DNA from: Paraspadella gotoi
Taxonomy: Eukaryota; Animalia; Chaetognatha
Length of the DNA: 64,000 nucleotides
Direction: 5' to 3'
Assembly: GCA_051294375.1 (NCBI GenBank)
Contig: CM119269.1
Coordinates: 12,192,896-12,256,895 of the forward strand
The notes under the pieces are model-generated. The model had not been told where the DNA came from and ran no database searches. It was given only the letters and a program-made list of their open reading frames with translations. Positions 38,223 to 52,385 of this stretch are shown in pieces. Made by a program: the position numbers and the translations under genes. The number at the start of each line of letters is the position of its first letter. The stretch's first letter is position 1.

Positions 38223-38374
38223 NNNNNNNNNNNNNNNNNNNNNNNNNGAGAGAGAGAGAGACGTTAAAAACGATTGCAGATTTGAGTTTCATTGCGTCAA
38301 AAATGATCCAAGTTGTTCATCAGACTTGACTTGACAGATGGATTGATCTTTTGTTTCTTTGATCCAAGGATTCT

Positions 38375-39426
38375 TCAGTGCACAAACCCGTTGGCCAAGT
38401 GATACTGTTGCGCGTCCACGATGACTGGAGTGTAGGCTGGTTGCTGGTGATGGGGATGATGATGATGATGATCAACGTGGCCGTAATATCCATGACGTTG
38501 TCCGTGAGGCGACGCGACGCCGGCGTGTGATTCCGACGCCGCCACGCCCACATCGAATCCTTGATGAGAATTCGACGCCGCCAGCATCGAGACTTCGTAA
38601 GGAGAGGCGCCGCTCACGCCGCTGACCACGCCGTTCCCTTTGGCGTCGTACGCCGCCGCCGCCGCCTTTAAATAGGAAGAGTAATTAGAAGAGGATACCG
38701 ATGATGACGACGACGACGATCCCGACGAATAATCCAAATACGTCGACGACGACGACGGCGACGACGAAGTCCCGTAGTTGTAAGGATGATGATGATGATG
38801 ATGAAGTTGAAGGTTGTGGACGGGATGATGGAGATTCGCCGTCGGGTGATGGTGATGTGGTTGGAGTGGAGAATCGTCCGTCCTCTCCGGCTGCTGGATA
38901 CGATGAGGGTGTTGAAGAGAGTGACCGCCGGGATGTGGAGAGGATTCGAGAGGATGGAGTTGACCGGAAGTGGGCGGGACGGGCGAGGGTTCGTGGGGCA
39001 GCGTGCCGCCCAGCGGTGAGTGGCCGTTGAGGGGATGGGGCGGAGGATTCGGGGGCAAAGGTTGGATGACGCCGGGCAGAGGATGCCCGCCTCGTGGAGG
39101 ATAATCAGAGGAAGGGGAGAGGCTCGTCAAGCGTGGTTTAGGGCCTGCCGGTCGGAGGATTGAGGCCGTTGGACCCACAGTGAGGGGTTGTCTGTTGAGC
39201 GAAAGGGTGGGAGAGGCGGTTGCAAGTGCGTTGAGGGGGTGGGAGGTGGATAGCGGGGTGGGAAAAGAAAGAGTGGGAGGATAGAGCGTGGTGGAGGATT
39301 AAAAAGCTGAGTTTAATACAACCAAGATACGATTGCTTCTAAGCTAACCAAGCAAAGCCAAAGCGTCAAGAAAATAAAAAGCAAGAAAATAAAAAGCAAA
39401 AAAATAAACAATAAACAATAATAAAC

Positions 39427-39522
<96 letters not shown>

Positions 39523-42500
39523 CTATAAACAATTATAAAAAATAAAAAATTAACAAATCAAAATAAAAAACTCAAAATAAACAAAATAAAAGATAAATAA
39601 GAATAACAAAATCTCACCTGTGATTCAAAGTGACGGGCGGCGACGCCATATTGGCCGACAATCTCCTTTCGACGCCGCTTCGTTCGACGCCGCTCCTTTC
39701 CGGCGCCGTTTCTCTCGACTCTGGACTCGCGAACTGTTGGAGATACGACGCCGATGCCGTCGGCGGCGGAATGGCGCCGCCGACGCCACTCGAGGCGTTG
39801 ACGCCATCGAGGGAAGAATTTTGAGCGCCGAGATGAATCACCGACGACGAAGACGACGGCGGTTTTGAAGGAGACGTCTCGGCGACGCCTCTTTTCAGTC
39901 CCGACGCCGACGACGCCGATTTGCCGGCGCCGAATTTCTCGTCTCCTCGTGACGATTTGATTCCAGTTTTGACGCCGCGATGAGAGGATTTGGACGCAGC
40001 CGCAGCAGACGCCGACGCAGCAGACGCCGCAGCAGACGCCGACGCAGCAGGAGACGAAGACGACGATGGACGAGGAGCTTGGTCGGATGAAGAGGAGGAG
40101 GAGGAGGAAGAGGAGGAGAAAGGGGCGGAGGGATTGAAGCCTTTGGAGGTTGAAGGGACGCGAGTGTCTGTAGAGAGAGGGAGGAAAGATAAGAGAAAGG
40201 GAGGAAAGGAAAGAGGAAGGAAGGAAAGAAAAGAGAAAGGGAGGAAAGAAAAGAGAAAGGAAGGAAAGAAAAGAAAAAGGGAGGAAAGGAAAGAGAAATG
40301 GAGGAAAGAAAAGAGAAAGGGAGGAAAGAAAAGAGAAAAGGAGGAAAGAAAAGAGAAAGGAAGCAAAGAAAAGAGAAAGGGAGGAAAGGAAAGAGAAAGG
40401 GAAGAAAGAAAAGAGAAAGGGAGGAGAGAAAAGGGAAAGGAGGAAAGAAAAAAGAAAGGGAGGAAAGAAAGGAAAAATGGAGGAAAAAAGAGAAAGGGAG
40501 GAGAGAAAAGAGAAAGGGAGGAATGGAAAGGAAAGGAAAGTTGATAACCGAGTAGTTAGCTATACAACTTCTAAGCTATTGGGAAGAACTGAGTTGGACG
40601 AGGCAGTTTTCTAGACGTCAGTTCAACCTCAGTTTGCTCCCTTTTTCCTAATCCTTTTTAAATTTTTAATTAGTTAATTAATTAGTCTTTTTGGGTTCTT
40701 TTAGCTGTTTTTTTTTGGGTGGGTTTTTTAATGCCAACCCTGCCTATTACTCATTCTCAACTTCCCTACCATCCCTCATTATTCTTTCACATTTCCTTAC
40801 CTTCTTCATCCGCTGAACTCGATCGCGATTCTCCCTTTTCCTCCTCATCCGGTTTCAGCGGCAGCAGCGTCGGCGCTTCTTTCGCCGCGGCAGCTTTTCT
40901 CGCCTCACCGCCGCCGCCGCCGCTTCCGCTGAGGTCGTATACGGGAGCAGCGGCTGCACCGACGCTGGCGTATGGGTAAGCGCGAGTATCGGAAGGAAAG
41001 TATCGTTCTTCGGAGTCGTAAAGGTAAGGGGCTCTCTCCTCCACGAATCTGGTAAAAGGATATTAATTATAAATTCTAATAATAATTTGAATATTTTAAA
41101 AAAGTCTTACCTTTGGTGACTCTGGTAAGCGTACATAGCGCCGACGGCCGAATGCGCCGGGTGAGCGTGAACCTGCGCCGCCGCCGCCGCCGCGTATGAC
41201 GCCGCAGAGTGGTAAAGAGCCGCACCGTATCTTTCCATCGACTCCTTAAGAAGTAAGGTCGAGAAAAGGTGACAATAGGGTAAGTTTGAAAAGGATTCAG
41301 AGTGAGACTCTCCATCTTGTTTTTCCTTACCTGATAAGATAGCGCCGTGGACGGATAAGCAGCGGCCGCAGCCGCCGCCGCCGTCAGAGCCGCGGGGGAA
41401 TGGTGAGGCGCTTCCGTCGCCGATCCCGTGGCGGTGTTGGCGCCGTCAGTCGGCGATGGATAAGAGTCGGCGTCGCCAAAGTCGCTTCCGCCGGCGCCGG
41501 CGACGCCGATGCCGACGGGCGGCGTCGAATAGGGAGACTTTCTCGACGAAGATTTAATCTAAAGAAAAAGAATAGTTCTTTAATCTCATTTGCATATTGT
41601 AGTTACGGCATTAACTAATAATACTGATTTTGGTGTTTATAAAAATGAATTAAAAAAAAATATGTATCATTTCGACGTTTTCGTTATTAATAAAAAAAAT
41701 AATAAACAACAAAAAAGAAAGTTCGAATAGTGTCTTTAAAAAATTTGAAAAAAAAATTGACTCCTTATTTTATTTTATGCTTCATGACTGTTTATCTGTG
41801 AATAAAACCGAACTTATTTGATAATTTTAGATGCCGATTGATTTCCTGCGTTTTGTAGAATAGGAAAACGCTAAATTCCTAAAACGAAAAAAATTAATTT
41901 TTATGACAATTTGTATTTTTAGAAGAAAAAAAAAACGAATACGAATTAATCGTGATCCGACTATTTACCATGTTATTTTTAAAATTATTTTTAAAATTAA
42001 AACAAATATTCAGGTTCCTCACCTTCGCACTGCTTTTGGCCTTTCCCGACGCGGTTACGCCGCTCCCGGACGACCCGCTGCCGCTGCCGCTGCCGCCAAA
42101 AGGAGAATCCCCGCCGCCCACGCCGCTCGCCGACGCGGCGGCGCCGAGATGGTCTCGATTGGCTGCGCCGCCGCCCAAGGTCTGTTCCAACTGAAGCTGA
42201 GCATCTTTGGCTTGAACCTCACTGGTGGCGGGCGGGATGGCAGATTAGTACTATGTGGTTACGTCGGTGATCATTGTGGTCGAAATGTGGTTAAAATGTG
42301 GTCGCAAGGAAATCCAGGTACTAATTCTCTCTCTCTCTCGCTCTCTCTCTCTCTCGTCCAGTACGTATCGGGAACAAATAATCTTTACATCTGACCGAGC
42401 TAAGTTTCTGAAACTTTGAAATGGTAATAACGTGGGCCTCTGAGTTTGTGAGATCAAGATTAAAATTCACCTCAAGACGTAATTGACGGACACGATGCAA

Positions 42501-42955
42501 TGAGGACGAGATGACCTCGAATTGTGGACTATGGTGGCGTAAGATTGCATCCAGACCCATCCACCATCTTTGGCCATGAAGCGATAGTATTTGGTCGTCA
42601 CTTGTCCTTTTAGCAGAACTGGCAGATTTAAGATTTGAGATTTAGGTATTAAGATTCAGGATTTCAGAAAAACCTGGAAGATTTATGATTTATAATTAAA
42701 ACTGGAAGATAAAGTAGCGATTTAAAACGTTATTAATCGAATTAAATTAATGTACTATCGAGGACAAAATAATACTAAAATACACATACAAAAAAGAAAA
42801 AAAATCAATGCTGTAGGCGGTTTTTTTTTCGGCGACCAGATGCTGTGGAAATAGTTTTCATATTAGATTAGTTATTCCCTTCATGGGTGTTCCGATTAAG
42901 TGTGAAGAACGAGGCAGATTTGAGACAATACGGTGAAGTATGACCCCTCAAGCCG

Positions 42956-43022
<67 letters not shown>

Positions 43023-43770
43023 ATTAAAGAAATAAAGAAAGAAAGAAAGAAAAGAAAGAAAAGAAAGAAAAGAAAAGAAAAAGAAAGCCTTAAGGTAAAA
43101 GAGGCGTTAATTGAAAGGCCAAAGTGTTAATGAGGTTAAACGGTTATTAAATAAATTCCCTATCGCTCCTGACAAAGCTAAAAAAAAGGAGTCAACTCTC
43201 TCTGCATTGGTTTAGGGTCTTGTTGACAATTACAAGATTAATTATATCAAATAATTGTTCAAATATTGTATCAAAATATATGTAGTTTTGCGCGTTTTTT
43301 TCAAAAGCTTTTCGATTTCCTCCTGTTCCACTTTTAAGACAGTTTTGTTTACAGTTTTTTGATGAAGGCGAAGCATCCAAATTGCAATTATGTGTCAAAG
43401 GCGGTCCACTTTTCACCGCGATAAGTTTCATCCTAATTTCAAAGGAAGACTCCTTTTTGACAAAAATCGTTTGTTATTTTTGATAAATGTCCCCGAAAGA
43501 GTAAATCCATTTAGCAAAGTTGAGGCGTGATCTACGAGCGAACGATGTTTAGAAAAAAAAGAATATTTATAAATTTATGCTCTTGAGCAAAGGAAAGAAA
43601 GAAAGAAAAGATAGAAAGAAAAAGAAAAAGAGAGAAAGATTTATTATCTTCATCTGGAGCATTCGACATGTCTCCTCCTCTTTCAAAAGTTATATGAGAA
43701 ACTTAGAGAAGAAAACTTCCTCTAAATACGATGATAAACTGAAGAGAGCGAGAGCGAGAGAGAGAGAGAT

Positions 43771-43818
<48 letters not shown>

Positions 43819-44980
43819 AATAAGGAGTTGATTTATAAACGGATAAGTCGTGGCTTCGTGAACCGTCACCAATCACCAACGCCACAGGCGAAGATTGGCG
43901 CGCTTAAGAGAGAGAGACAGAAAAACTGCGTCACAAAAAGTCTTTTTAAATTCAATCGCGTGACGTGGATTTCACATCGTCCAGCCGGTTGAAAAAAGAC
44001 GATGTAAGCGATTTAGTTTTAAGAGGATCAAATTAAATTTAGCGAATGATTTATAATTAAAATTTAATCCGAAAAATAATAACCGTCGACCCTGAACCGA
44101 CGTTCCAATGATGGCCTTTACTTATAGACATTGAAAATTGCACATTGCACAATGCAAATTGCACATTGCACAATACAAATTTCATGTGGACGAACAAGTT
44201 ATTGAAACAAGAGTAAATTTCTCCCTTCGGGCAAAACGTAAACCAAAACATCACATTTCATTACGTTACGTAATCACGCGGAAAGGAAAGCGTTAGAGCG
44301 AGGTGACAAGGTGACATCGAAGACGACGACGACGACGNNNNNNNNNNCGAAGACGACGACGACGACGACGCTAAGGGGCGCGGACCACCGGCGACGCTGA
44401 TCTCTTTTCTCTCCTTAAACGAAAACTCATCGAATCCAAATTGGATTGGAGATTTTTCTTCTTTTTTTTTAATTTTGACGACAGAAGATATCGAAGTTTC
44501 GACTCTTTTCCTTGGAACAGATTAAGATTGTTTAATTAGTTTTTGAGTTTTATAAAAAAAAGTGTGGGTTTTTTTCGTTTTTTGTGGGGGAACATTTACG
44601 TCAATAAGTCAATGTTTACGTAAGGAAGACGCCCGGACCCCAATTCCGAGAAGAAGGTTACATTGTGACAGTTTCTAAACTGAAACTAGTTTCTTAGACT
44701 TACGGGTGTGGTGGCAGTAGCGCATGTGCATGATGTCACAGCCATGGATGTAATGGAAGAGAGTTTTTTCTATGAGATCTTGAGGTTCGTATCCCGTTAG
44801 GTGGGCCACTCTGTGAGAGGGAGACAGAGAGATGGAGATAGAGTGTTAGCTCTCCTCTACACTAGGGTCTAAAGTTCCATGTCAACATCGCTTTAAAAAG
44901 AGATAATATAAAGGTGTTATTGTATTCAATTGTGTTAATATCGTTTTTGATATTAATATAAAAAAATAAAGGTTCTTTGG

Positions 44981-45037
<57 letters not shown>

Positions 45038-45712
45038 GTCTTACCTGGCGTCCAAGAAGATAAGTTTGAGATCTAGTGACGCGCGAAACATAAACATGTT
45101 TCCGTACATTTTGATTTCTGTGATGGCAGAGGGAGGAAGGGAGTGACCGACTGCGACGAGGCCGACGTTCTGAGACAAAGAAATCGCAAAGAGAAATCAC
45201 AAAGAGAAATCACAAAGAGAAATCACAAAGAGAAATCACAAAGAGAAATCGCAGTTAATCACAACTGATGAACAAAGTTGATCAGAGACTAAAATTAATC
45301 AATATCATTTTTTTTAAATCGAAGTTTAAAAGCACCTATAATTTAAATACAAATTACAGGTTTATTATACGATTCACTTTAACCAGATATTATTATTATA
45401 TATATCAAACATACAAACACAAAAGTTAGCCGTTGTTAAACCTGATAGCAGCCATCGTACGGCGCAATGTCGAGGGTATATTGCTTGATCTTCAAGTAAC
45501 CGGAGCAATGTATCACCTGGAGGCAATGATTATTAACAAATTATATCAAAAATATATTGTTAAAAATAGTTTTAAATAGTTCCGAAAACGGACATAAAGG
45601 GTTTATCATCATCTTAATATTTAGCGCCGAGGTTTCGCTCGGTAAACTTTGCGAGTCTCTAAGATATTAAGGGATTTTAGAGGAGAGAAATAAAACAAAG
45701 AAGAGAGAGAAG

Positions 45713-45792
<80 letters not shown>

Positions 45793-46964
45793 AATGAAAA
45801 AGGGCAAACAAGCGAAATAATTGAAAAATTCAGAAATATGATTTTCTTTTTAAATAAAGAAATCAATGTTTGATCTCATTGTACATTCTCACCTCTCGCC
45901 TTTCTTTATAGTTTGAAATCACAAACAACAACAACATTTGAGCCAAAAGTAAATTAATTATCGGGACTCGAACCTCAGATAAAAAAAGAAACTTTGCCCA
46001 CCAAAGAAGAATGAGAAAAAGAAAGAAAGAAAAAAGAAAAAAGAAATAAATTTGTGAAAATGAAAATGACTTCTTCGCTTCTTTCATCTCGACTTACGAT
46101 TCACACACAAAAAACCTTCGATCTTTAAGCGTGGATCCAATTGTCTGGAATTCCGCACAAGTCCCCCCGGGAGAGAGATTTAAGATCTAGTAGAGAGAGA
46201 GATCCTAACCTCCCGCGGGCGGCGAAACGATAGACCATGGTTTCCGGTTTACATATTCTGTATTTTCTGTGATCCAAGAGGGAAGAAGGGAGTGACCAGA
46301 CCTGGCGACGAGGCCCGCACGTTTGACAGAACACAAAGAAAGTCGCGCAAAGAGAAAATCACAAAGAAAAATCAACACAGGAAGAACAATCACAAAAGAG
46401 CAATCTACAAGGTAGATAATCGCATTAATCACAAACGTGATGTAAGCTCAAAGTTGATCAGCTAGACTAAAATTATATGAACACTCAAAAAGGTTTGGTT
46501 TAAAATGCGAAGTTTGAAAAGCACCCTTACATAATTATAAACTCACACAATGTCACAGAATTAAATAATTATATAACAGAAGTTCACTTATTAAACCAGA
46601 TCACCTTCCATTAAAACTATCTCTCCATCCATCCACACCCTGCGACCATAAAACACACACAAAGTACTAGTGCCGTTGTTAAACACTACATAGCACATCG
46701 TAAACGGCACGCAATGTCGAGCGGTATAACTGCTTGTATTCTTCAAGTACCGGAGGCAATGTATCACAACTGGCAAGGCCATGATTATTCAACAAATTTA
46801 TCTGATCAAAAATATTTGTTAAAATGTTTTTATAACATACGTTCCCGAAATCTCGCAGAGTACTAATGGTTTATCATCATCTTAATATTTAGCGGCCGAG
46901 GTTTCGCTCGGTAAACTTTGCGAGTCTCTAAGATATTAAGGGATTTTAGAGAGAGAGAAATAAA

Positions 46965-47054
<90 letters not shown>

Positions 47055-47428
47055 AAAGGGCAAACAAGCGAAAATAATTGAAAAATTCAGAAATATGATT
47101 TTCTTTTTAAATAAAGAAATCAATGTTTGATCTCATTGTACATTCTCACCTCTCGCCTTTCTTTATAGTTTGAAATCACAAAACAACAACAACATTTGAG
47201 CCAAAAGTAAATTAATTATCGGGACTCGAACCTCAGATAAAAAAAGAAACTTTGCCACCAAAGAAGAATGAGAAAAAGAAAGAAAAAAAAGAAAAAAGAA
47301 ATAAATTTGTGAAATGAAAATGACTCTTCGCTTCTTTCATCTCGACTTACGATCTCACACACAAAAAACTTCGATTCTTTAAGCGTGATCCAATTGTTCC
47401 TGGAATTCCGCCAAGTCCCCCCGCGGAG

Positions 47429-47466
<38 letters not shown>

Positions 47467-47525
47467 AGAGAGAGAGAAGAAGAGAGAGAGAGAAGAGAGA
47501 NNNNNNNNNNNNNNNNNNNNNNNNN

Positions 47526-47605
<80 letters not shown>

Positions 47606-48506
47606 CCATAGGAATTTTGTGTTGAGCCTTATGCAACCAATGAGAGGCTTTCTAACTTCTTTCAAGATTGCCGCCCGACGACGACGACGCCGACGACGAC
47701 GACGACGACGTAACTTACCTTGTATCCCCCGGCGGTAAGGCCCGCGTTTCCGTTTCGCCAAAACGCATTTCATTCTGATGAAAAAACTTCGCTCGATTTC
47801 GTATTCCGTCAAAAACGTGGCTAAAATAATTAGGAGATAAGTTTAAAATTAATATTTTTAATATTTAGTATTTAGTATTAAAACTTGATTCTCACCTGTG
47901 TAAGGGTTTGAACTGTCAGCAAAGATGTCATTTCGTCGTGATCCGCCGGGTGAATGTATTCATAAATACTGTTTCCGGTTAATTCAACCTTAATTAAAAA
48001 AAAGAGTAGTATTTAAAAATAATTTAAAATACTTGAATAAAACGTTTTAAGATTTTTAGAGCGTAAATTTTAAATTTTTAAAGTTCAAAAGTAAAATCAT
48101 CCGAAAATAAATTAAATATCTACAGCACGATTCAATATCTTATCTGCAGCATCTCTAATTCGAACATCTGCAGCAAGTCTTGCTCCTGTAGCTATGGTAC
48201 TCCCAAATCTCTCATCCGCCGCCTTTCAAAACTACATCTGCAGTTCCCCAGATGCTGTATCTCTAAATACATAAGTTGCAGCACTTCTGAACCCTCCAAC
48301 TGAAGCAACATCCACCACAACCCACCTGCGAGAGTCCTAGATGCACGGACGCCGTCTCCGAGATGTACATGATCTTCCCGTCAGGAGCGATGACGAAGAT
48401 AAACCCGTCCAAAGTCTGAAGTAGATGCGACCCCAAGTCTTTGGCCAAAGGGCCTTCCAGGGATTCTGGCTGGCCGGCCGGGTCGCTCCCCAGTGGTCGC
48501 CCAGGC
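38375..48506 (-). CDS. sim: single-minded (SIM1/SIM2 orthologue), bHLH-PAS transcription factor; PAS-A, PAS-B, PAC and C-terminal exons; bHLH exon not seen
   Basis: Exons on - strand: 48506-48326 ([44 protein letters not shown]), 47988-47896 ([20 protein letters not shown]), 47820-47719 ([23 protein letters not shown]), 45516-45442 ([25 protein letters not shown]), 45169-45045 ([42 protein letters not shown]), 44810-44704 ([22 protein letters not shown]), 42618-42471 ([49 protein letters not shown]), 42221-42023, 41558-41331, 41244-41111, 41048-40801, 40167-39618, 39191-38375 (stop). GT-AG boundaries throughout. The first three exons have small indels here but are in frame in the copy at 53.3-54.1 kb. 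Confidence 0.97.
40175..40540. repeat. Purine-only minisatellite of about 19 bp (gaggaaagaaaagagaaag) in a sim intron
   Basis: Direct inspection. Confidence 0.9.
45176..45250. repeat. 13-bp tandem repeat (aagagaaatcaca) abutting a sim splice acceptor
   Basis: Direct inspection; also present in the copy at 63905-63975. Confidence 0.9.
46100..47500. other. Error-rich direct duplicate of about 45000-46150 (two sim exons and intron)
   Basis: Same order of motifs (agatctag, gagtgaccaga, cttcaagtaccggag, ggtttcgctcggtaaac) with many inserted bases; ends at an N gap. Confidence 0.85.
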
Positions 48507-49433
48507 CTAAATTTTTAATATTTTTAAATTTAAATACAATAGTATTCTCTTATCTAATACTAAAAAAGAGTATTTCTCTGTATAGAAATGAAACATTTTG
48601 AAGAATGTTATTCTGTTGATGTTCATGGGAAAGTCAGGTACCCCTGGGAATGAATAAACGAGACTGTGAGAAAGTCTTGATTAAATTTTGATTTAAGTGA
48701 ACAAACAAGGATATTTAGATATGAGATAGTATGATTATCGAGTACAAAAAATAGTTTTTTCATACTGTTTGGGGAACAGAATAATTAAATGCAATATATT
48801 TATAGTAATATTTTCAAAAATAAATTTTTATTTTGAATTTTTATTACAGATTTCAATTCTTCATAGAAAGTTAGACCAAAAAAATAAAACACATGTTATC
48901 AAGAATTCGAGGACTTCAGCGTCAAATACGAAAAAAAAAATTCCACTTTTTTTCATTCTCTGTAATAGAAACTATTATTGATTAAACGTTTTAACTCATT
49001 TTTCGCAGCTTTAACATGAAAATATCATAAAAATAATTTACAAAAGTTTCTTAGTTTTTTTCGGCGAAACCAAACAGTTCTTAAAATTATTTTAAAAATT
49101 TTATGATTTTATAAGAATATTACTATAAAGAAAATTCAAAATAAATTTTTATTAAATTTTTTTTTAAAAAGGCCCAATTATTTTTCATTTCGTATACAAC
49201 AACAAAAAACATTGTTCAATCACTCCCACCTACTGTCCATTGTCCAAAGTCAAAAAAATTTAATGGATTTAATTTGAAATTGTCCACAAATTTCATAACA
49301 AACATGTGTAACTTTAAATTTTAAAAAAATCTTAATTCTTTCGTTTTTTCTGGTCTGTGTTAAAAGCTGTTGAAGTTTTTACCACTCTTTCACTGTTCTC
49401 ACTCGTTATTCGCACGTGCTCTCTGTCTCTCTG

Positions 49434-49464
<31 letters not shown>

Positions 49465-49544
49465 ATCTCTCGCTCTCTCTCACTTCCATAATCTCAAATT
49501 CATGAATGAATTTCCGGTCCTTGTATCCAACGCAAGCTCTTACT

Positions 49545-49619
<75 letters not shown>

Positions 49620-50439
49620 CCCTCCTCACTGCTGCCCTCTTTCGCTCTTTAACTCATCTTTCTCATCTCCTCCTCCTCCTCCTCCTCCTTCTCCTCCTCA
49701 TTCTCCCATCCATTAATGTCCCATCCTCTGGTACACAAACCATGAAAGAGCTTCTCCCAATCTGACACAGATCTTCGACTTGCAGGAAAAGGAAGGACAG
49801 TCAGCGCGATAGAGAGAAAGAGAGAGAGAGACATTGTCGCTAAATGGATAGCCAATTGTAAGGCGCATCTAATTTGAGTTCATTGCGCAGCTAAGCAAGG
49901 AAGGAAATTGGTTTTGCCCCAATGAAAGCGTCCATGAGACTTTATTAAGTGATTAAGCCAAAGTGGGCGTGGCAAATCATTTAATCGCGATGAAGTTAAT
50001 TGTGAAGGGTTGAGTGCTTTAACTCTCCGAAATCTCTTTAGAGCCTTCCATGTCTCTGAGCCTTGTCTTTCAACCTCTATGTCTCTGAGCCCTTGTCTTT
50101 CAACTTTCTTTGTCCCAAGAGACAAAACTTTTCTTCAAATTTTGAAACCTTTTCGTTTCAACGCCTCAAAGTATTTTTCTATTTTATTATACAGTCGATA
50201 TGGTTTTTTAACAATCTGTCATGATAATTTAAATTAATGTTTATAAGGTGACATACTAATTTTTACAAGGATTTTTACTGCTGTTATTTTGCTACTAACT
50301 TACAACTAACTTACGACTATCTTGCATATTATTTCAAAACAGGGCGGGGGGATTTTATTTATTTTTTGAGAGTGAAGACAGATGCTCTCTCACTCATCCG
50401 CAGTCTGCATTAGGAGAGAGAGAGAGAGAGAGAGAGAGA

Positions 50440-50533
<94 letters not shown>

Positions 50534-51492
50534 AACCAGCGTCATCCCTCGGGAAAAAGTTTCTTTGACAGATTAGTAAATGTCTTGTTTATAAAAACCG
50601 TTTGTTGATAATTCATGAAACGGATACAAAAATCTGTTAATAACGCGTATGGAACATTTTTATCTCATTTTGTTTTGATAAAATTTGATCTCTCTAACGC
50701 CTCAACACACTCAACAGAAATCTTTTGACCACATAACAACCGCCCCAGCTGAAAATTATGAATAAAATTAACAATAAACAATGTAATATTTTCTTTCAAC
50801 CTTTCGTTTCATTTTTCCCCGCCCTTTTCGAGCCCCGCGGGAGAAACCGGAGGAAATTTAGCTTCGGATGATACAAAAACTCTCTCTCTCTCTCTCCTCT
50901 CTCCTCTCTCTCTCTCTCTTTCTCTTCTTCTTTCTCTCACTCACTCACTCTGCTTCTTGTCAACCCTTGCCAAACAGAGCAGACAAGGTACCGATTTGGA
51001 AAAGGAGATAACAATGTCCTTCCACAAATAATGGTTCACCCTGTAACAAACAAAAGAAGAAAGCTTGGTGGGCCGGCCCCCGGCGTTTCTCTTAGGATTT
51101 TTCTCTCTATTGGCAGAGAATACGATTATATTATAGACCAATTTTATACATAATGTTTTAGAAACCTATGAAAATACATTATGACCATTATAAAAATTAA
51201 TTTATAGGTTTGTTTCTGAAAAGCCTTCAATTTACTTTCCTCCATGGTGTCTTAAAAGATAATATTACAGAAATAATTCTGTCTCGCAAATATTACGTAG
51301 GGTTTTCAGTCTAGTTTTCGAGATATCGGGGTTCAAATTTTGAGGTTCTTGGGTTCCAGGTGCGGGAGTTCACAATTTTTTTTTTCCGAGGAAAAGAACA
51401 GAAATTTTTCTGGTTCTAAACTGGGTTCGATTCTCGGAAGAAGAGCAAGTTTGTTTGCAGAGCGTCTAATTGCGACGTTGGGAGAAAGAGAG

Positions 51493-51527
<35 letters not shown>

Positions 51528-52295
51528 AAGATGAGAGAAGAGAGGAGAGAAGAGAGGATGGAGAGAGAAGATGGAAGGAAAATGGGCAAGAAAAGAGAAA
51601 GAGGGATATAGGTAAAATGGAGAAGGAAAAAGATAGGAGGAAAATGTGAAAAATGGAAAAGGAGATAGAATGAAGATGGAAGGAAAGAAGGAAAGAAAGG
51701 ACAGAAGAAGGAGGAAAAGAAGGAAAGAGAATAACCGACGGAAAGAAAGTGAAAAGACACTAATATAAAAACCTTTATTATACCCTTCGCTTCAGTAGAC
51801 ATTCACAAGGAAAGTAAATAGATTTTTAATATAAACTAAAAATTATCCTAATATAAATCCCCAAAAAAATTATCGGGGGAAGAATAGTAAAAAAGGCTGT
51901 TAATTAATCTTCAAATGTGACGGCAGAATAGATTGTAAATCTATTCGGATATGATCAAGTTAACTAGAAGATACAAAATTGTATATTTACAGTAGGAGAA
52001 ACGAAGTCTCTTAAACAGACAGATTATATTAGGCAATTAGGATAGGCATCAGTTAATCAGACAATGCAGATAGGCAATCGGGTTAATCAGACAATCATAC
52101 AGACAAGCAGCCGAAAAAAAAACAACTAATCTTCCCAAACCACACGAGACGCGTTCTTCTTTTTCGGTTTTACAAAGAAGAACAAAAAAGCGAAGCAAAA
52201 AATCGAACAAAAGGCGAACGAAATCCGAGGGAATACCAAAACAAAAAACATTTTTGTTTTCGTCATGATCTAAAGAAAACGGAAAAGCCACACTG

Positions 52296-52385
<90 letters not shown>

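Noticed and set aside
47719-48506. Frameshifts suggesting sim is a pseudogene or uses programmed frameshifting
   Set aside because: They are small indels, mostly in homopolymers, and the copy at 53306-54095 is in frame.
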